Part shown: positions 22,759-35,772 of the stretch, in pieces
Layout of the letters: each line of letters begins with the position of its first letter
Position numbering within the stretch: position 1 is the stretch's first letter
Assembly: GCF_006345805.1 (NCBI RefSeq)
Contig: NC_043018.1
Span: forward strand, 29,202,001-29,266,000
From: Octopus sinensis
Taxonomy: Eukaryota
Direction of reading: 5' to 3'
DNA length: 64,000 nucleotides
Made by a program: the position numbers and the translations under genes
The notes under the pieces: model-generated
Databases searched by the model: none
Seen by the model: only the letters and a program-made list of their open reading frames with translations
Told to the model about the DNA's origin: nothing

Positions 22759-22797
22759 ATAATCAGAAGTTTGAACACGACAGACCGAAGAGAATTG
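22759..22797 (+). other. Candidate 39-nt exon (unverified)
   Basis: ttttctgtggacag|...aattg|GTAAGT; open in two frames (DNQKFEHDRPKRI or IIRSLNTTDRREL). Confidence 0.2.
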
Positions 22798-23109
22798 GTA
22801 AGTAACAAAGAAAGGCAAGCAAAACCTATTGAAAGGATGGAGCCGAATCTGGAATCCTAGCAAATGTGGTAAGTACGTGTGTGGACACAAATCTTTTAAT
22901 GTAAAGTTAGGTATATAAGTTCATTTAATGTTGGCGAGGAGACAAGAATCTCGTAACTCGCGAGTTGCTCTTCCTTTAGGTGTGAAGAACAACTGGGGAA
23001 AATGTTAGTTCGAGGCAAAATAATTTATTCTCCTTTTCTCTCCTACACACGATTGGCAAAAAGTCGAAACGCAGGATTTCTTGGGGTACAAATACAAAGC
23101 TGTGCTGGA

Positions 23110-23255
23110 TAGTTGTTGTTGTTGTTGATGATGATGATGATGATGATGGGGTGTAGATGGTGGTGATTATGATTATGATGATAGTGGGGTTGGGGCGGCT
23201 GTCGTGACGGCGTTGGTGATGATAATCATTATGATGTAGTTGACGGTGATGGTGG

Positions 23256-23310
<55 letters not shown>

Positions 23311-23456
23311 AGTGATGATGATGGTGATGAAGATGATGATGATGATGATGATGATGATGACGATGACGATGGGGCTGATGAATATGGTGATGATGATGAT
23401 GATGGTGATGATGACGGTGATGATGATGATGATGATTATGATGATGGGGATGGTGG

Positions 23457-23488
<32 letters not shown>

Positions 23489-23520
23489 GTGGTGATGATG
23501 ATGACGATGATGATGAAGAA

Positions 23521-23554
<34 letters not shown>

Positions 23555-23870
23555 GTGATGATGATAGTGATGATGTTGATGATGATGGGGATGATGATGA
23601 TGATGATGATGGGGTGTAGATAGTGGTGATTATGATTATGACGATAGTGGGGTTGGGGATGGCTGTCGTGCCGGCGGTGGTGATGATGATAATGATGATT
23701 ATGATGATGATGTCGATAATTATCAGTATCTTCATGGTGGTGGTTGTGTTGTTGGTGGTCGTGATGGTTGTAGTAATGGTGATAGTCATTGTGATGATGT
23801 TGGTGATGATGATGATTGCACATACGACGAGACTGCTGCTGCTAATGATGATGACGACGACAAAGATGAT
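23110..23870. repeat. (GAT/GGT)n degenerate array with internal ~100-bp duplication
   Basis: ggggtgtagat.gtggtgattatgattatga.gatagtggggttgggg at ~23148 and ~23610. Confidence 0.93.
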
Positions 23871-23974
23871 GTCTTTTTTTTCCCCAAAACTTTCGTTCCG
23901 CGTCTAGTCAAGTCGATATCAAGACTATCGTAACACACATTGTAATGGAGCTAATATTTTAGGTTTAAACATAA

Positions 23975-23986
23975 CAATGATAATAA

Positions 23987-24017
<31 letters not shown>

Positions 24018-24018
24018 A

Positions 24019-24066
<48 letters not shown>

Positions 24067-24092
24067 CAACAACAACAACAACAATAATAATT
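23975..24092. repeat. (AAT)n(AAC)n microsatellite
   Basis: Direct observation. Confidence 0.95.
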
Positions 24093-24448
24093 ATAAAACA
24101 GAAAGACTTTCGGCTGAAACCCCCTTGTTCACGATTCCGTTTGAAGTCAATTTTGATTGGTTGGAATCGACGAAACGATGTTAAATAAATTTTGACTTAC
24201 GAACCAGTTTTGTAACTGTATTCTAACTTAGGCAGAAAGACTTAAATATACAGAATAATTCTAGGTTGTAACTTTGGTTTCAGCTTTACTAAATGTATAT
24301 TAGAATCTTAATATAACAGTAAATACGTGTTGTTGCTTTTGCATCAGTATTTGTTGTTGTCATACAACCCCAGGTAAATTTTCTTTGAGATCTATGATCA
24401 AAACTATTCTAGCCATGATGGTGATGGCCACTAGCATGGCTATAGGTA

Positions 24449-24900
24449 GAGGCATGGTTGTGTGGTTGGAAAGCTCTCTTTGCAACGCCGTGGTTTCGGA
24501 TGCAGTTCCACTGCGCGGAATCTTGAGCAAGTATCTTGTAGTGTAGCCGGGGACCGATTAATAACATCAGGCGGGTGAATTTGAACTATGGAAACTGTGG
24601 TGAAGCTAGCCGCATATTTGTGTGTGCATATGTACGTCGTATGTGTGTGAGTGTGTGAGTATGTGTGAGTCTGTGTTTAAATCGTCTTCGCCTCCCAGCA
24701 ACATCTGACCGCCCGTGTTGGTGCGTTTACGTCCCCATAACTCAGCGATTCGGAAAAACATACCGATCGGACATGTACCTAACATTTCATTTCAAAATAC
24801 AATTCTGGTGTCGGTTTCTTCGATCAAGACCCTCCAAGGTGGTGCCGCAGGGTGGCCGCAGTTCAATGACTGGAAACGCGTATAAAATAATAGACAAAAA
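24449..24900 (+). mobile_element. SINE family A, old degenerate copy
   Basis: ggcatggttgtgtggtt...cttgagcaagtatc...ggtggtgccgcagggtggccgcagttcaatgactg. Confidence 0.72.
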
Positions 24901-24957
24901 ATGAAACATACAAATTCCCTTCGCTTAAAGACATCTACGTCTACATACACTATTTAA

Positions 24958-25521
24958 AAATTTTTTATGCGCCCTTTTCAAGCGTAGCCAGGCTCATGGG
25001 CCAGGTTCCCGGTTTCTGTGGCGTATGTGTTCTGCCCCAGCTGGATGGGACACCAGTCCATCGCAGCGTTACCAATGAAGCAGGAAGAAAGAGTGAGAGA
25101 AATTTGGGGCGAAAGAGTATAACAGGGGTCGCCACCACCTCCTGCCTGAGCTTCATGGAGCTTTCGGTGTTTTTTGCTCAATAAACACACACAAGGCCCG
25201 GTCTGGGAATCGAAACCGCGATCCTCCGACCGCGAATCCGCTGCCCTAGACTCTGGGCCATTGCGCCTCCCGTCATGATGAATATTTTTGTAATAGGCTT
25301 GAAACCGGTGAGCTGGCAGAATCGTTTGCAAGCCGGACATAATACTTAGCGTCATTTTGTCCTTCTTTGCATTCCTAGTTCATGTTTCGCCGAGGTCTAC
25401 TTTGCTTTTTGTCCTTTCGTAGATGATGAAATAAGCAGCGATTTCTCACTGGGGTCGACGAAAACCGCGATCCTCCGACCGCGAATCTGCTGCCCTAACC
25501 ACTGGGCCATTGCGCCTCCAC
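24958..25521 (-). mobile_element. SINE family D with duplicated head and 191-bp internal insert; 15-bp TSD
   Basis: acatacactatttaa at 24943-24957 and 25522-25536; head segment at 25213-25270 and 25462-25519. Confidence 0.88.
25300..25461 (+). mobile_element. SINE family C fragment (copy of ~42165-42327)
   Basis: Shares private variants ggacataatactta and cctttcgtagatgatgaaataag with the 42-kb copy. Confidence 0.85.
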
Positions 25522-26139
25522 ACATACACTATTTAATGTCTTCTGTTTTACAATGAATGGAAGGGTTACATCCGAGAACGATATAGCTGCAGTTTTTAGC
25601 TTGTTGGTTACTGAAGGACTCTCTTGTTTCCTTGTAAAGTAACTAGGTGTGAAAAAAAAGTAAATAAATAAACGTAAATCAGTTGGTGGTTTCTGCTCTG
25701 TTGAGTGTTTTATATATTTAACCAAACAGCTAGATAATAATAATATAGAAAACATCGTACTTTGAAGTCTTTCTTCCGTCATTCTCCCCTTTGACTATCA
25801 TATGGAAATGTAGAAAGCAGCGATAGGAACCAGTAAGTTAACATAAGGTTGTGTGTTCTACATCACAGACGAATCGACTGTGACTTCAATAATAATGTTA
25901 TTCTGTTATTTCATTTATATTCCAACCACACACACATAATTCTACAGCGAAATGAAAGAAAAGAAAAAAAAAACTAACTCAATATGTATGAATATTCGAA
26001 GGAACGGTTGGATGTAAAAGGGATAATGCTAGAGTTATTATTATTATGTCTGTTGTTATTGCTATTGTTGTTACTATTGTTACTGTTGTTGCTCTTCATT
26101 AATATGTAATATTTTTTGTTATTATTAATGCGCCTGTTG

Positions 26140-26181
26140 TTATTTTCCATCTCATCATCATCATCATCATCATCATTATTA

Positions 26182-26275
<94 letters not shown>
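26140..26275. repeat. (CAT)n(ATT)n microsatellite
   Basis: Direct observation. Confidence 0.95.
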
Positions 26276-26276
<1 letters not shown>

Positions 26277-26277
<1 letters not shown>

Positions 26278-26410
26278 CGGCGATCTGGCAGAGACGTTAG
26301 CTCGCCAGGTGAAATGCTTAGCGGTATTCTACGGTTAATTACGGTTTAAGTTCAATTTCCGCATAGGTCGACTTTGTCTTTCATCGTCATGGGTCGATAA
26401 AAGACTTATT
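26277..26410 (+). mobile_element. SINE family C fragment
   Basis: gcggcgatctggcagagacgttagc...gtcgactttgtctttcatc. Confidence 0.75.
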
Positions 26411-26464
26411 CTTCCCCCAAGATTTCAGTCAAGGTGCCTATAGTGAAAAGGAATATTATCATTA

Positions 26465-26950
26465 TTACTCAGCCTTTGATAGTTTCAATTAAATGTCTAC
26501 TGCATCATCTGCTGCACATTCGTGTTGCTGGGGTGGGTGTAGTATTGTGCTCTATTTTGCTTTTAGGGGGAATGCAAACTCTTTTCTGTATTGTATTGCA
26601 TCAGTTTCTTTTTCTTATCGGGTCGGATGAAGTTTATTGTTGTATTAGCGTTTTTATTGTGTATTGTGTGTGTAATGCGTTGGGTGATGGATTGCTGGTA
26701 GTTGTTTATTTTATTGGATACTTACGATATAGAGTGTGTCTTTTGTTTGTGAATATTTTGTTTGGGTTGTATCATTGAATTGATAGTGTCTTGCGTAGGA
26801 TGTGGGCCTTTCCTATCAGGGCTATTTTTTGGATAGTTTGTAGTGTTGAAGTTCCAGGAATAGCTTCTACGATTTTGCTCATATGTTATTTTTTATCATG
26901 CCTAATGCTTCGATTTTTATCAAGCCCAATGCTACAATTATTACTGTGTT
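26465..26950 (-). mobile_element. Dong/R4-clade LINE 3' fragment (ORF C-terminus plus 3' UTR)
   Basis: Minus strand reads IIVALGLIK...KIVEAIPGTSTLQTIQKIALIGKAHILRKTLSIQ* (stop at 26772-26774), typical of the R4/Dong C-terminus; ends near aat repeats. Confidence 0.8.
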
Positions 26951-26994
26951 GTTGTTGTTTTTGTTGATGCTTTTTTGTTTGTTATATCACTTTA

Positions 26995-27066
26995 ACGTGG
27001 TGTCACAACATGGTCGCAGTCGAATGACTGAAGGATGTAAGAAAGACAAACAATAAAAAGATAAAT
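26995..27066 (+). mobile_element. SINE family A 3' tail
   Basis: gtggtgtcacaacatggtcgcagtcgaatgactgaag. Confidence 0.6.
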
Positions 27067-28339
27067 ATGTAATAGGTATTGCGATGCTATATATACTTTC
27101 AGCATGATTTCATTGTAACACTTTCTAAAATTGTTTCATAACACCAGCTTGTTATTTAGAAAACAACTAAGCTCAGATTTCATAGAAATCTCACTGAAAA
27201 GAATGGCCATCAAATTATCATAGTTCACGTATTCAGAGACGAATACGTTAATGAATCTTTTTTTAACTGAAAATAGTTTTGCCCGTAGAACTTATAGAGA
27301 ACGAAGTCATCGTTTTGATTCCAATCGTAGACTAGGCTTCAGTTTCTAACATGTTAGGTTCCCTTTCAGAGCAAGAAGTCTCGATTTTGTGCATAAGAAG
27401 ACTCACATTCACTTGCATAAACACTCAGAAGTAGACACACATACAAGCACACAAAATCACACAAAAGCACAACACAGGGCGAAACACACGGAAACAAACA
27501 TACATATGTTCAAGAGTATGAATAAACCTAATAGGAATTAGGTTTATTTATATTCCTAAACATGCGCGCATTGCTTCAACTGGATAAGTTTCATTATAGA
27601 ATAAGTTTTCACTGACGATCATTATCGAATATAAGCTTTGCTGAAACACCGTGGCTATGTTTTAAGACTGTGAATAAATTTAATTCTAAATACCGTTTTA
27701 ACATTGATTTCTTTCTTAGTTGTAGATAGTAATATTCTGCAGAAGATTGACGCCATCTCTCTCTCTCAATCTCACTCTCTCTTGCTCTCTCTCTCTTCTC
27801 TCTCTCTTTCCTCTCTCTCTATCTCTCTTGTTTTGTTTCCCATAGTTATATGTATGTTTGTATCTATGAGTTTGCGATAAACAGAGAAAAGATATTTATA
27901 TAAAATTCTGATACCATTTACAATATAACAAGTTATAAAACTCTTCATCCAATAACAATCATAATATTCTGTAAGACATACTGTCTCGCCTCGCTACTTC
28001 GCTACAGCGATTCGACTGCAATATGCGCTCTTTAGCATTGGCTGGTCTCATGCTGTCTCTAACCAGGCGCCTTCGACTCAATCGTTTCTTCTCCCATATT
28101 TTATCCACCTTCAACTACGAGATGCAGGCATGGCTAACTACTACGAGGAGTCCTTTCTCTGAAATTCCCGTATTGTTCTTTCTCTTTTTATTCTAGCGGT
28201 CAGTATTTTTTTCTTGAATCCTTTAGGTTCATAAAGCCGGTTACCCGTTTTACATGGCGTGTAAATGAAGAAATCTATATCATTCCTCCTGAAAGTGTCA
28301 CTGATCCACTGACGAATTCAAGGCTAGTGACGTTTGAGA

Positions 28340-28520
28340 GAAGGGGACAAATTGATTACATGAATCCCAGTACTCCGTATTTTATATCATCGACCCCAAA
28401 GGGTTCAAAGGCAAAGATGACTTCGGTGTAACTTGAATCATTAAGATAAGGGCCTGAAAGAATGCCACTAGGCATTTTCTTAGGTCTGGTAACGATTCTT
28501 ATTTCTGTATTGCCCACCAA
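28340..28520 (-). mobile_element. SINE family C, degenerate
   Basis: atcgaccccaaagggttcaaaggcaaagatgacttcgg. Confidence 0.6.
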
Positions 28521-28694
28521 TTTCGCTTGTCTCAGAGAGTTTGTGATGGGCAGCCCCTTCTACAAAACCAAACCAATAAAATGAAGACTAAGAAATCACG
28601 AAGTCAAATTTCAATCATATAAAATGTATTAACCATTCAATTTTTAGAAAAACTGAACGTGATACGTGATTATGTGCACAAGAAATACATTAAT

Positions 28695-28845
28695 ATGACG
28701 AGCTTCCACACAGTTTCTCTGAGCCAAGTTCTGCCACAAATAATTGGTCGGCCTTGGTTTATAGTAGAAGATATTTGTTCAAGGTACCATGTTGTGGCAC
28801 TGAACCCGACACCATGCGATGGTTAACCACACAGCCTAGCCTGCA
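28695..28845 (-). mobile_element. SINE family A head, degenerate
   Basis: ttggtcggccttgg...ctgaacccgacaccatg...cacacagcc. Confidence 0.65.
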
Positions 28846-29084
28846 TCTATCTGCAATTCTTCAAAAAGCAAACTAAATGGTATGCATCTTGATGGAATTC
28901 AACGATTTCAAATCAAATCCACTTCAATATAAACAACATTACTGGGAAAACTAAGAACTAAGAACAACGTAACCATTCCCTATCTTGAGACATATCAGAC
29001 AATTTGATATGAGGTACCTGACATTACATACACATTTCATAGCTAAACGGGTCAGCAATAAAGGACGTTATGTTCACGAAAGCA

Positions 29085-29180
29085 TAAGTACCAGGAGCGA
29101 TTTATTCGACTAAAAATCTTCTAGGTGGTGCCCCAGCATGGCCGCAGTCAAAGGATTGAGACAAATAAAAAAGATAAATA
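29085..29180 (+). mobile_element. SINE family A 3' tail
   Basis: ggtggtgccccagcatggccgcagtcaaaggattgagac. Confidence 0.7.
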
Positions 29181-30029
29181 TGTGAAAGGCAAGTTGATAT
29201 TCTGAGAAGCGAACGCAATTCGAAACCTTTCATACAGAGCTTTCCACATTTTGATAATTATACCAAGGCAGAGTGTTATTTGTTCACCTCGAATTTTATT
29301 GATTTGATTAATATTAAATATATTCTATGTAGATTAATGAAACGAAAGTAAAATCAACTTGAACGAATCGAAGCAAGTGCTGATCAATATAAATGTAAAT
29401 CAATGGTCATTCAGCAAAGAGATTGTTATATTGTTATTATTATTAGTGCTGTTAGTGTTATTGTTGTTTGTCATTAGATAACATTCCATGTCTGCTAAAA
29501 TCTAGAGAAATAACAAATCATTACTCACTAATTGTTGTCATTAGAGGTGATTCAATTAGTAGATTCATTATCTAAAACAGAAACATTGTTAATGAAATGA
29601 ATATAAAATTGCTATTGTGGATGTCGTTGGTGTTGTTTTCTTCTTCTTTTGTTCTGTTCTTCTTTCAGTTGCGTGTTGCGTTGTATTGTGTTGTGTTGTG
29701 TGTTTTCTACGTTTGTTTTCTTGTTAAGTTTACATTTTAGATTCCGTGTCTTTTTGACTTGGAACCGGAAAGCTGAGTAAATGCTGTGGAAGCCAACTAA
29801 CAACGGAACACGGCATCAACATGAATAACAACAGCAACAACAACAATAGCAATAACAGCAGCAGCAATATAGTGACATCCGACAAAATATTTGAGTCTAA
29901 GTGTAAAGTATAATGAATGGAAATACTGATTATTATAAAGAAAAGAAAAACAAACAATATAAGGACAATACAAATTTTAGTGCTACCATTACAGCCACAG
30001 CAACACCTGCTGCTGCATTTACCACCACC

Positions 30030-30057
30030 ACCATTACTTCTACTACTATTTCTTCTT

Positions 30058-30138
<81 letters not shown>

Positions 30139-30361
30139 TAATAATTAAATGCCCTGATGCAGTACCAGACAGTGGCTCTCATGGCTGCTGATCTTAACTG
30201 ATTGGAAGTGTTATCATGATGATGATCATGATGATCATGATGATCATGATCATCATCATCATCATCGTCGTCGTCAATATTATCACCACTTCATCGTCAT
30301 CGTCACGACCATCATCATACATCATCATCATCATAATCACCATCATCAACATCGTCGTTAG

Positions 30362-30397
<36 letters not shown>

Positions 30398-30570
30398 GAT
30401 CATCATCATCATCATCATCATCATCGTCGTCATCATCATCAACATCATCATCTTCACCATCATCACCATCATCCTCGTCGTCGTGGTCATCATCATCATC
30501 ATCATCATCACTAACATAATCATACAGCGGGGGTATCAACAGCATCATAATAATCATCATTATAGTCAAT
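30030..30570. repeat. Compound (CTA)/(AAT)/(CAT)n arrays
   Basis: Direct observation. Confidence 0.92.
30147..30218 (+). mobile_element. 5' fragment of the (AAT)n-associated ~550-bp element
   Basis: aaatgccctgatgcagtaccagacagtggctctcatgg is the reverse complement of ~56930-56997; directly follows (AAT)n. Confidence 0.78.
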
Positions 30571-30994
30571 ATGATAAGGGGGCGGTGGTGGACTGGCAGA
30601 ACGTTTAGCGCAGCGAATCCTGTGTTCGGTTTATTCGTTCCTTTTTCTTGCTCCTCGTGTTGGGAGTTCGAAAGCGACAGAATCAAATTCCAACTTACCC
30701 CACTTCGTAGCTCTGAGGTCTGCAAAATGAAGTACACTTTAAATATTGAATCTTTGGCATCAACCAATTCTTCCCATTTCAAATATTGCTACCACTGTAC
30801 TTTCGTTATAAAGCATTATTCCTCTTACAACTTCGTTACAAATGATAACAATGATTTCGTTAATTAATTAATTATTATGAGCTGGAAAGAAACCACAGAA
30901 ATATTTTTTTAGTTGAATATTGATAATTATATTTTCAGACGGTGATACAATATTAATAATTTTGTAAAGTGTGGGGAAATTTTTAAAGTGCTTA

Positions 30995-31045
<51 letters not shown>

Positions 31046-31124
31046 TTATAGTTCGTATTTTGTCCTACTTCTAAATATAAATGATCATAAACATAAATGC
31101 ATACTTACATGTATATATACATAT

Positions 31125-31242
31125 ATACGTACATGCATACATACATACATACATACATACATACATACATACATACATACATACATACATTCATACATAC
31201 ATACATACATACATACATACATACATACATACATACATACAT
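31125..31242. repeat. (CATA)n microsatellite
   Basis: Direct observation. Confidence 0.95.
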
Positions 31243-31859
31243 AGAGCTGAAGAAGACGGAAAAAGACAATATCTACGTTTAACTACTGAGAATTTTCTAT
31301 TATCCAAATTACAAGTTCAGGTTTATACCTGTAATTATTGGGGTACTGGGATATGTTATACACTGCTTATACACCAATCCTGAGAAATTAGGCTTCTCAA
31401 ATCCAGAAAAAAAAACCTCATTCGAAGACTACAGATCCAAACCATCACTGGAACTGTAAAAATCTGTAAAACTTTCTAGATGCTTATTATGGAAGTATAT
31501 ATGAACATGTCTAGATGTGCAAATATATTCACGAGAATACATACATAAAGCATAACTTACAAATGTGCACATATACATATATACATACATAGATACATAC
31601 AAAAATCATCTTAGTGATGTTGTTGAAATTTTAATGAAGGTGCATTGGATCTAGGTTAGAAACGGACTGTTTTTCTATTGGCAAGAAATATTGAAGTAAA
31701 ACCAAATAATGACATGCACACACACACACACACACGTATGTACATATGTATGTATGTACCTATGTATGTATATGTATATACATGCATGTATGTGTGTGTA
31801 TGTGTGTGTATATGAGTATGTGTAGGAAAATGTTGTCCTGCTGTCCCCCTCTTTTAGCA

Positions 31860-31950
31860 AGCGCCGTGGCGTCGTTCGTGAAGTAATACGAGGAAAAGCG
31901 CATTGTGACCAATGATGTGTAACATCTTATAATCAGATCGGTCATGTGAA
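31860..31950 (+). mobile_element. Isolated retroposon 3' tail (same as SINE D tail at 35477 and 61447)
   Basis: gtggcgtc...agcgcattgtgaccaatgatgtgtaacatc...atcggtcatgtga. Confidence 0.6.
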
Positions 31951-32874
31951 CACGTTATATATATATGAATGTATATGTGTATGGATGTATATATGAACGC
32001 ATGTATGTATATCGCAAAGTTTAAGACGTTTTCGTACGAATAAACTTTTATTCAAAAACAAATTGCTCTGAAGCAAAATGCTTGAGCATTATCATAGATA
32101 GGAGTAAGAAAATGTTAACATTTTTAACAAAACGTGCAACGTGTTCAGATCTCTTTAAAATTACGTTGTCGTCACGCTGAAATAACAGGAAAAATAAATC
32201 GAAATGAATGAACTTCCGTGATATCAGTTCTTGAAGTTAACATGTGATTCTTACAAAGATCACGCGGTGCTGTTGCTTCAGTGGCTTCAGTTCATTGCTA
32301 GTTTTCGGAGGTAATAGCAGCCGCAGTACAGCGGCAGTAGCAGCAGTGGTTCTCAACAGAAAGTATGAAAAATGTACACATCTTATTCGAGACGTAATTT
32401 GCGGTGATATAAAGTATATCTTCGGCAAGGGATACCATTTCTTCAACTAACGACATTTGCTCCTTATGGCGAAATCGATTTCGAACTACGACCCCCAGTC
32501 TTACTCCTATAGTCGCCAGACAACCAACATTACATCTGATCACTTCACTCCACCATATTACTTAGAATTGATCGCCCCGTCACTTTATTCACGTCTAAAT
32601 TGTTGCTTCACTAGAGATCTGGCCATGAAAATAAAACAATAGGTTGCCCATTATAATTTCCATTTCTAAGTCAGATTCACATTCCAGGTTGCATTCGGAT
32701 TATTTCTTGCTATACACACGTTTCAATCCAACGACGTACTGCTCTGCAGACATATTATTCATCACTCGACGTTTCGCAATCATCTGAGAAACTTTAGTAT
32801 TTAAATTATAGCAAATTAACAATGACTCAGACGTCGCTACAAAAACATGTTATCATTACATTCGTAATTATTAC

Positions 32875-32981
32875 CAAGCTTCTTCTTCTTCCACTTCTTC
32901 TTCTTCCACTTCTTCTTCTTTTTCTTCTTCTTCTTCTTCTTCTTCTTCTTCTTCTTCTTCTTCTTCTTCTTCTTCTTCTTC

Positions 32982-33031
<50 letters not shown>

Positions 33032-33241
33032 CATCATGATTATTATTATTATTATTATTATTGCTATCATCGTCATCAACATCATCATCATCATCAACAT
33101 CATCTTCGTCGTCATCATTATTATCATCGTCATCATTGTCATTATTATTATTATTATTATCTTAATTCATATTATTATTGCCATTTATTATTATCATTAT
33201 CATTATTATTATTATTATCGTTATTATTATTATTATCATTA

Positions 33242-33279
<38 letters not shown>

Positions 33280-33397
33280 GTTATTATTATTGTTATTATT
33301 ATTATCATCATTCTTATTAGTATCATTGTCGTCAACATCATCATCATCATCATCACCATCATCATAATCGTTATCATCATTATTATCATCGTCATCG

Positions 33398-33437
<40 letters not shown>

Positions 33438-33440
33438 GCA
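32875..33440. repeat. Compound (CTT)n(ATT)n(CAT)n array
   Basis: Direct observation. Confidence 0.95.
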
Positions 33441-33554
33441 GACGTTGTTCACTTATATGTAAACTAGTTTACATTCACACTGCCAGACAACCTATTAAGT
33501 AAATTAATCATGGGTGGAATACTATTAAAAACACAAATAAATATGAGCAAATAC

Positions 33555-33585
<31 letters not shown>

Positions 33586-33929
33586 CACACACGCATATGT
33601 GAATACACACGCACGTACACACAAAGAAATAGTAGAGAAATGCTTATAGAGAGACGTTCAGAATAGAAACAAAAGATTTAGTTTTAACCTTCGTCTTCTT
33701 ATTCATATTTTCTCTCTGCCTCCCTCTGTCTCGTATTCTTCTTCTCTCTCTCTCACGTACACAAAGAACCACTCATATCTGCATACATGAATGCGTACAC
33801 ACGTATATAGGATGTGTCTGATCACATGTGTGCTTCTGTTGCTCTCACCTTCTATAAGTGTGTGTTTACGTATATGTGAGTGTGAGTGTGTCTCGATGCA
33901 TTTTTGTGAATAAGCATCAATACGCGCGC

Positions 33930-34161
33930 GTGTGTGTGTATATATATATACATATATAAATATACAAATATATACATATATGTACACATATACACCTATA
34001 TATATACATGCATATTTATATATATATATATATACATACATACACATATATGTGTATATATATGTGTATGTGTGTATATACATATATATATACATATACA
34101 TATAAACATATCTATACATACATACACATATGTGTGTTTGCATGTATATATACATATATAC

Positions 34162-34192
<31 letters not shown>

Positions 34193-34194
34193 CA

Positions 34195-34248
<54 letters not shown>

Positions 34249-34281
34249 TATATATACATATATATATACATATATATATAC

Positions 34282-34333
<52 letters not shown>

Positions 34334-34365
34334 GTACATATATATACACACACATATATGTATAT
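33930..34365. repeat. (TA)n/(TACA)n/(CA)n low-complexity tract
   Basis: Direct observation. Confidence 0.95.
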
Positions 34366-34679
34366 TCGGTAATATATAAGATATGCGGTATGCATATATC
34401 GCTTATGTGTTTGTACGATCATGTATCGTTTTTTTTTTTTCATTATATGAATTCTTGCTACGCAGAAGTTATTGCTTTCTAAGAAAACAATGAAAATCCA
34501 TATTGGAACTGAAATTTTGATTACTAACAGGATGTGCTAAGCCTTGCGTATTTTTTGCCTCTTTTTGTTTTCCAGATTGTATTTGTAACGTATGTGTTAT
34601 TCGGTCACTTCCGTCTATTGAGAATCTTAGCTTTTGTAAATGGTCACTCTGACATTTTGATTGTGAATGGTACTAATAG

Positions 34680-35132
34680 TCATTGGTTTCAAATTTTAGC
34701 ACAAGGCCCACAATATTCAGGGAATGGGTCTAGTCGATTTCATCGACCCCCAATGCTCAAACGCTAGTTATCCTATCGGCTCCGAGAGCATGATAGACTC
34801 TATCGACCGTGATAGAATTTCAGCTCAGAACGTAAACGTAAAAACGGACGAAACACCGTTACGCATTTTGTCCGGCATGTTAACGATTCTGCAAGCACGC
34901 TATCTTAATTGCTCTAGTATTTATGGCTTTCAAATTTTGTCACGTGGCCACCAATTTCGAATGAGGTAGGAAGTCGATAAAATCGACACCGGTGCTGAAC
35001 TGGTACTTATTGTATCGACACCGAAAACATGAAAGTCGACATCTGCGGAATTCAAACTCTGAGCGCAAAGTCGTAGGTAAATACCGCTAAGAGTTTTCCC
35101 CGGTGTACTAACGGTTCCGCCAGCTCACCAAG
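34680..35132 (-). mobile_element. Two tandem SINE family C copies, degenerate
   Basis: tttcaaatttt...atcgac...gcattttgtccggcatgttaacg and ...ctaacggttccgccagctcacc. Confidence 0.7.
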
Positions 35133-35440
35133 TTAAGTGAAGTAATAATTTATGAAAGCGAAAGCAGTTTCACCTTCCAATGCAGTGGTCCATAAATATT
35201 CTTCTTCCCTCGAATCCTCGAATCCGCAGTGCGGCTGACCTCTGTAGCTGGACAATATTCATATTTTTCTGTTCTAAACAATTTTGTCTGGACTTTAATG
35301 TTTACACTTGGTGAAAGTGTTGATGGGAATGTTACACAAATGCTCTTTAATTATGTATGTATGTATATTTACATATATATATATATTATATAATTAGCTA
35401 CTTATATAATATATAATTAGCTACTTGCTTATATATATAA

Positions 35441-35472
<32 letters not shown>

Positions 35473-35476
35473 ATAT

Positions 35477-35772
35477 CACCGTGACCAACCAGGCTATCAG
35501 ATGTTGATACACATCGCTGGTCACAATGCATTTTGCATTGTTTTATCCTTCAAATGACGCCACCCCGCTGGCTAAGCGAGCAGGCCAACAGAAGAAAGAG
35601 TGAGAAAAATTTGGGGCGAAAGAGTACAGCAGGGATCACCACCCCCGACCGGAGCCTCGGGGAGCTTTCAGGTGTTTTCGCTCAATAAACACTCACAACC
35701 CCCGGTCTGAGAATCGAAACCGCGATCTTCCGACCGCGAGTCCGCTACCCTGACCACTGGGCCATTGCGCCT

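Noticed and set aside
28197-28430. Strong plus-strand acceptors followed by an open frame FIKPVTRFTW...
   Set aside because: The frame runs into a degenerate SINE C, with no convincing donor or homology
29740-29910. Acceptor followed by MNNNSNNN... mini-ORF
   Set aside because: Low-complexity (AAC/AGC)n content with early stops
31855-31920. Apparent exon after tgtccccctcttttag
   Set aside because: The sequence is the retroposon tail shared with the SINE D copies at 35477 and 61447
32237-32642. Overlapping 60-80 aa ORFs in unique sequence
   Set aside because: No recognisable motifs or splice context; lengths are within chance expectation
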